Source of the DNA: a bacterium
GTDB taxonomy: Bacteria; Zhuqueibacterota; Zhuqueibacteria; Residuimicrobiales; Krinioviventaceae
DNA: 34,603 nucleotides
Assembly: GCA_024278645.1 (NCBI GenBank)
Contig: JAJRST010000546.1
Coordinates: 1 to 34,603 of the forward strand
Reading direction: 5' to 3'
Shown: positions 33,680 to 34,603 of the stretch, piece after piece
How positions within the stretch are numbered: position 1 is the stretch's first letter
Layout: the number at the start of each line of letters is the position of its first letter
The notes under the pieces: model-generated
Seen by the model: the letters and a program-made list of their open reading frames with translations, nothing else
Told to the model about the DNA's origin: nothing
Database searches by the model: none
Position numbers and translations under genes: made by a program

Positions 33680-34603
33680 ATGACGGAAAAAAAATCCGAA
33701 TCTGCCCAAAGCAACGTATCGCGACGAGGGTTCATCAAGGGCGCCGCCGCGGCGACCGCTTTTACCATCGTTCCCCGCAACGTCCTCGGCCAGGGACAAA
33801 CGCCGCCAAGCGATAAACTGAACATCGCAGGCATCGGCGTCGGCGGCATGGGAAAGAACAACCTCAAGCACTGCAATACGGAAAACATCGTCGCCCTGTG
33901 CGACGTCGACCAAAAATATGCAGCGCCGGTGTTCGAGACCTATCCCAAGGCCAAAACCTACGTCGACTATCGCGTGATGCTGGAAAAGCAAAAGGATATA
34001 GACGCCGTCATTATTGCCACGCCGGATCATACACATGCGGTCATCGCCATGGCCGCCATGGAGCTGGGCAAGCATGTCTACGTGCAAAAGCCGCTGACCC
34101 ATTCCGTGTTCGAAGCCCGCAAGCTGACCGAGGCGGCGCGCAAATACCACGTCGTCACCCAGATGGGCAACCAGGGCCATTCCGGCGAAGGCACGCGGCT
34201 CATCTGCGAGTGGATCTGGGATGGCGCTATCGGCGACATTCGCGAGGTGCACGCCTGGACCAATCGACCCGTGTGGCCGCAGGGCGTGGAAGTGGATCGC
34301 CCCAAGGAGACGCCGCCGGTTCCCGAAGGCCTGAACTGGGACCTGTGGCTGGGACCGGCGCCCTATCGCCCCTATCACCCCACTTACATCCCCGAAGCCT
34401 GGCGCGCCTGGTGGGATTTCGGCACCGGCTCGCTCGGCGATCTCGGCTGCCACGTCCTCGATCCCGCTTTCTGGGCGCTGGACTTGAAATATCCCGAAAG
34501 CGTCGAGGGCAACATCTCCACCTACTGGGGCGGCTTTTGGGAGTACACGGAACCGAAAAACGAACAGTACCCGCGCTCGACCATAGTGCGCTTTAAATTC
34601 CCC
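33680..34603 (+). CDS. Tat-signal Gfo/Idh/MocA family oxidoreductase, 3'-truncated by the window edge (absent from the ORF track)
   Basis: My own translation from ATG 33680 gives 308 codons with no stop to the window end. AAGGAGG lies 8 nt upstream. Twin-arginine signal SRRGFIKGAAAATAF. Rossmann motif NIAGIGVGGMGKNN. IIATPDHTHA and YVQKPL (EKP-type) motifs. Confidence 0.85.
   Translation, partial: MTEKKSESAQSNVSRRGFIKGAAAATAFTIVPRNVLGQGQTPPSDKLNIAGIGVGGMGKNNLKHCNTENIVALCDVDQKYAAPVFETYPKAKTYVDYRVMLEKQKDIDAVIIATPDHTHAVIAMAAMELGKHVYVQKPLTHSVFEARKLTEAARKYHVVTQMGNQGHSGEGTRLICEWIWDGAIGDIREVHAWTNRPVWPQGVEVDRPKETPPVPEGLNWDLWLGPAPYRPYHPTYIPEAWRAWWDFGTGSLGDLGCHVLDPAFWALDLKYPESVEGNISTYWGGFWEYTEPKNEQYPRSTIVRFKFP

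Noticed and set aside
33557-34596. Track ORFs 33557-34453 (-) and 33898-34596 (+), 298 and 232 aa
   Set aside because: Both lie entirely within the Tat-signal oxidoreductase gene, which reads in another + frame from 33680. Their products are Arg/Gly/His/Pro-rich with no motifs, typical of shadow ORFs in GC-rich coding DNA.
1-34603. CRISPR arrays, tRNA/rRNA genes, riboswitch-like leaders, toxin-antitoxin pairs and known defence-system genes
   Set aside because: I saw no regularly spaced repeats, cloverleaf-like segments or long structured leaders in the intergenic regions. The longest spacers are 325, 223 and 175 bp. None of the proteins shows nuclease, methylase or other defence hallmarks that I can recognise.

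Overview
This is a 34.6-kb chromosomal segment from a diderm (LPS-making) bacterium. It is densely coding and almost entirely on the + strand. I found no rRNA, tRNA, CRISPR array, transposase or integrase.

**Left part**
- A 5'-truncated UDP-GlcNAc 2-epimerase gene and a Wza-like polysaccharide exporter.
- A convergent M24 peptidase gene and a four-helix-bundle protein gene.
- A lipid A block: Gfo/Idh/MocA oxidoreductase, lpxB, DUF374, lpxK.

**Right part**
- An LpxL-family acyltransferase, six glycosyl/pyruvyl transferases and a convergent heptosyltransferase.
- msbA, tsaC and ssb.
- A pyrimidine nucleoside salvage group (cdd, udk, tdk, nupC) interrupted by three poorly characterised genes.
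- A Tat-signal Gfo/Idh/MocA oxidoreductase that runs off the window. It is missing from the supplied ORF track.

**Middle part (about 8.4-17.0 kb), the most interesting region**
A signalling island is wedged between lpxK and the LpxL-family gene. In order it contains:
- A sigma54-dependent response-regulator activator with no histidine kinase in the window.
- A near-consensus -24/-12 promoter.
- A divergent sigma70-like protein paired with a soluble zf-HC2 anti-sigma-like protein.
- A tightly coupled five-gene operon: REC-DUF4388(PATAN)-GTPase-like fusion, REC-DUF4388, stand-alone GTPase-like protein, small Cys-containing protein, and a membrane HEXXH peptidase.

Both GTPase-like modules lack a canonical P-loop, and at least one receiver lacks the phospho-acceptor Asp. 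I know of no characterised system with this composition.

All functional calls rest on motif recognition by eye. No database search was run.
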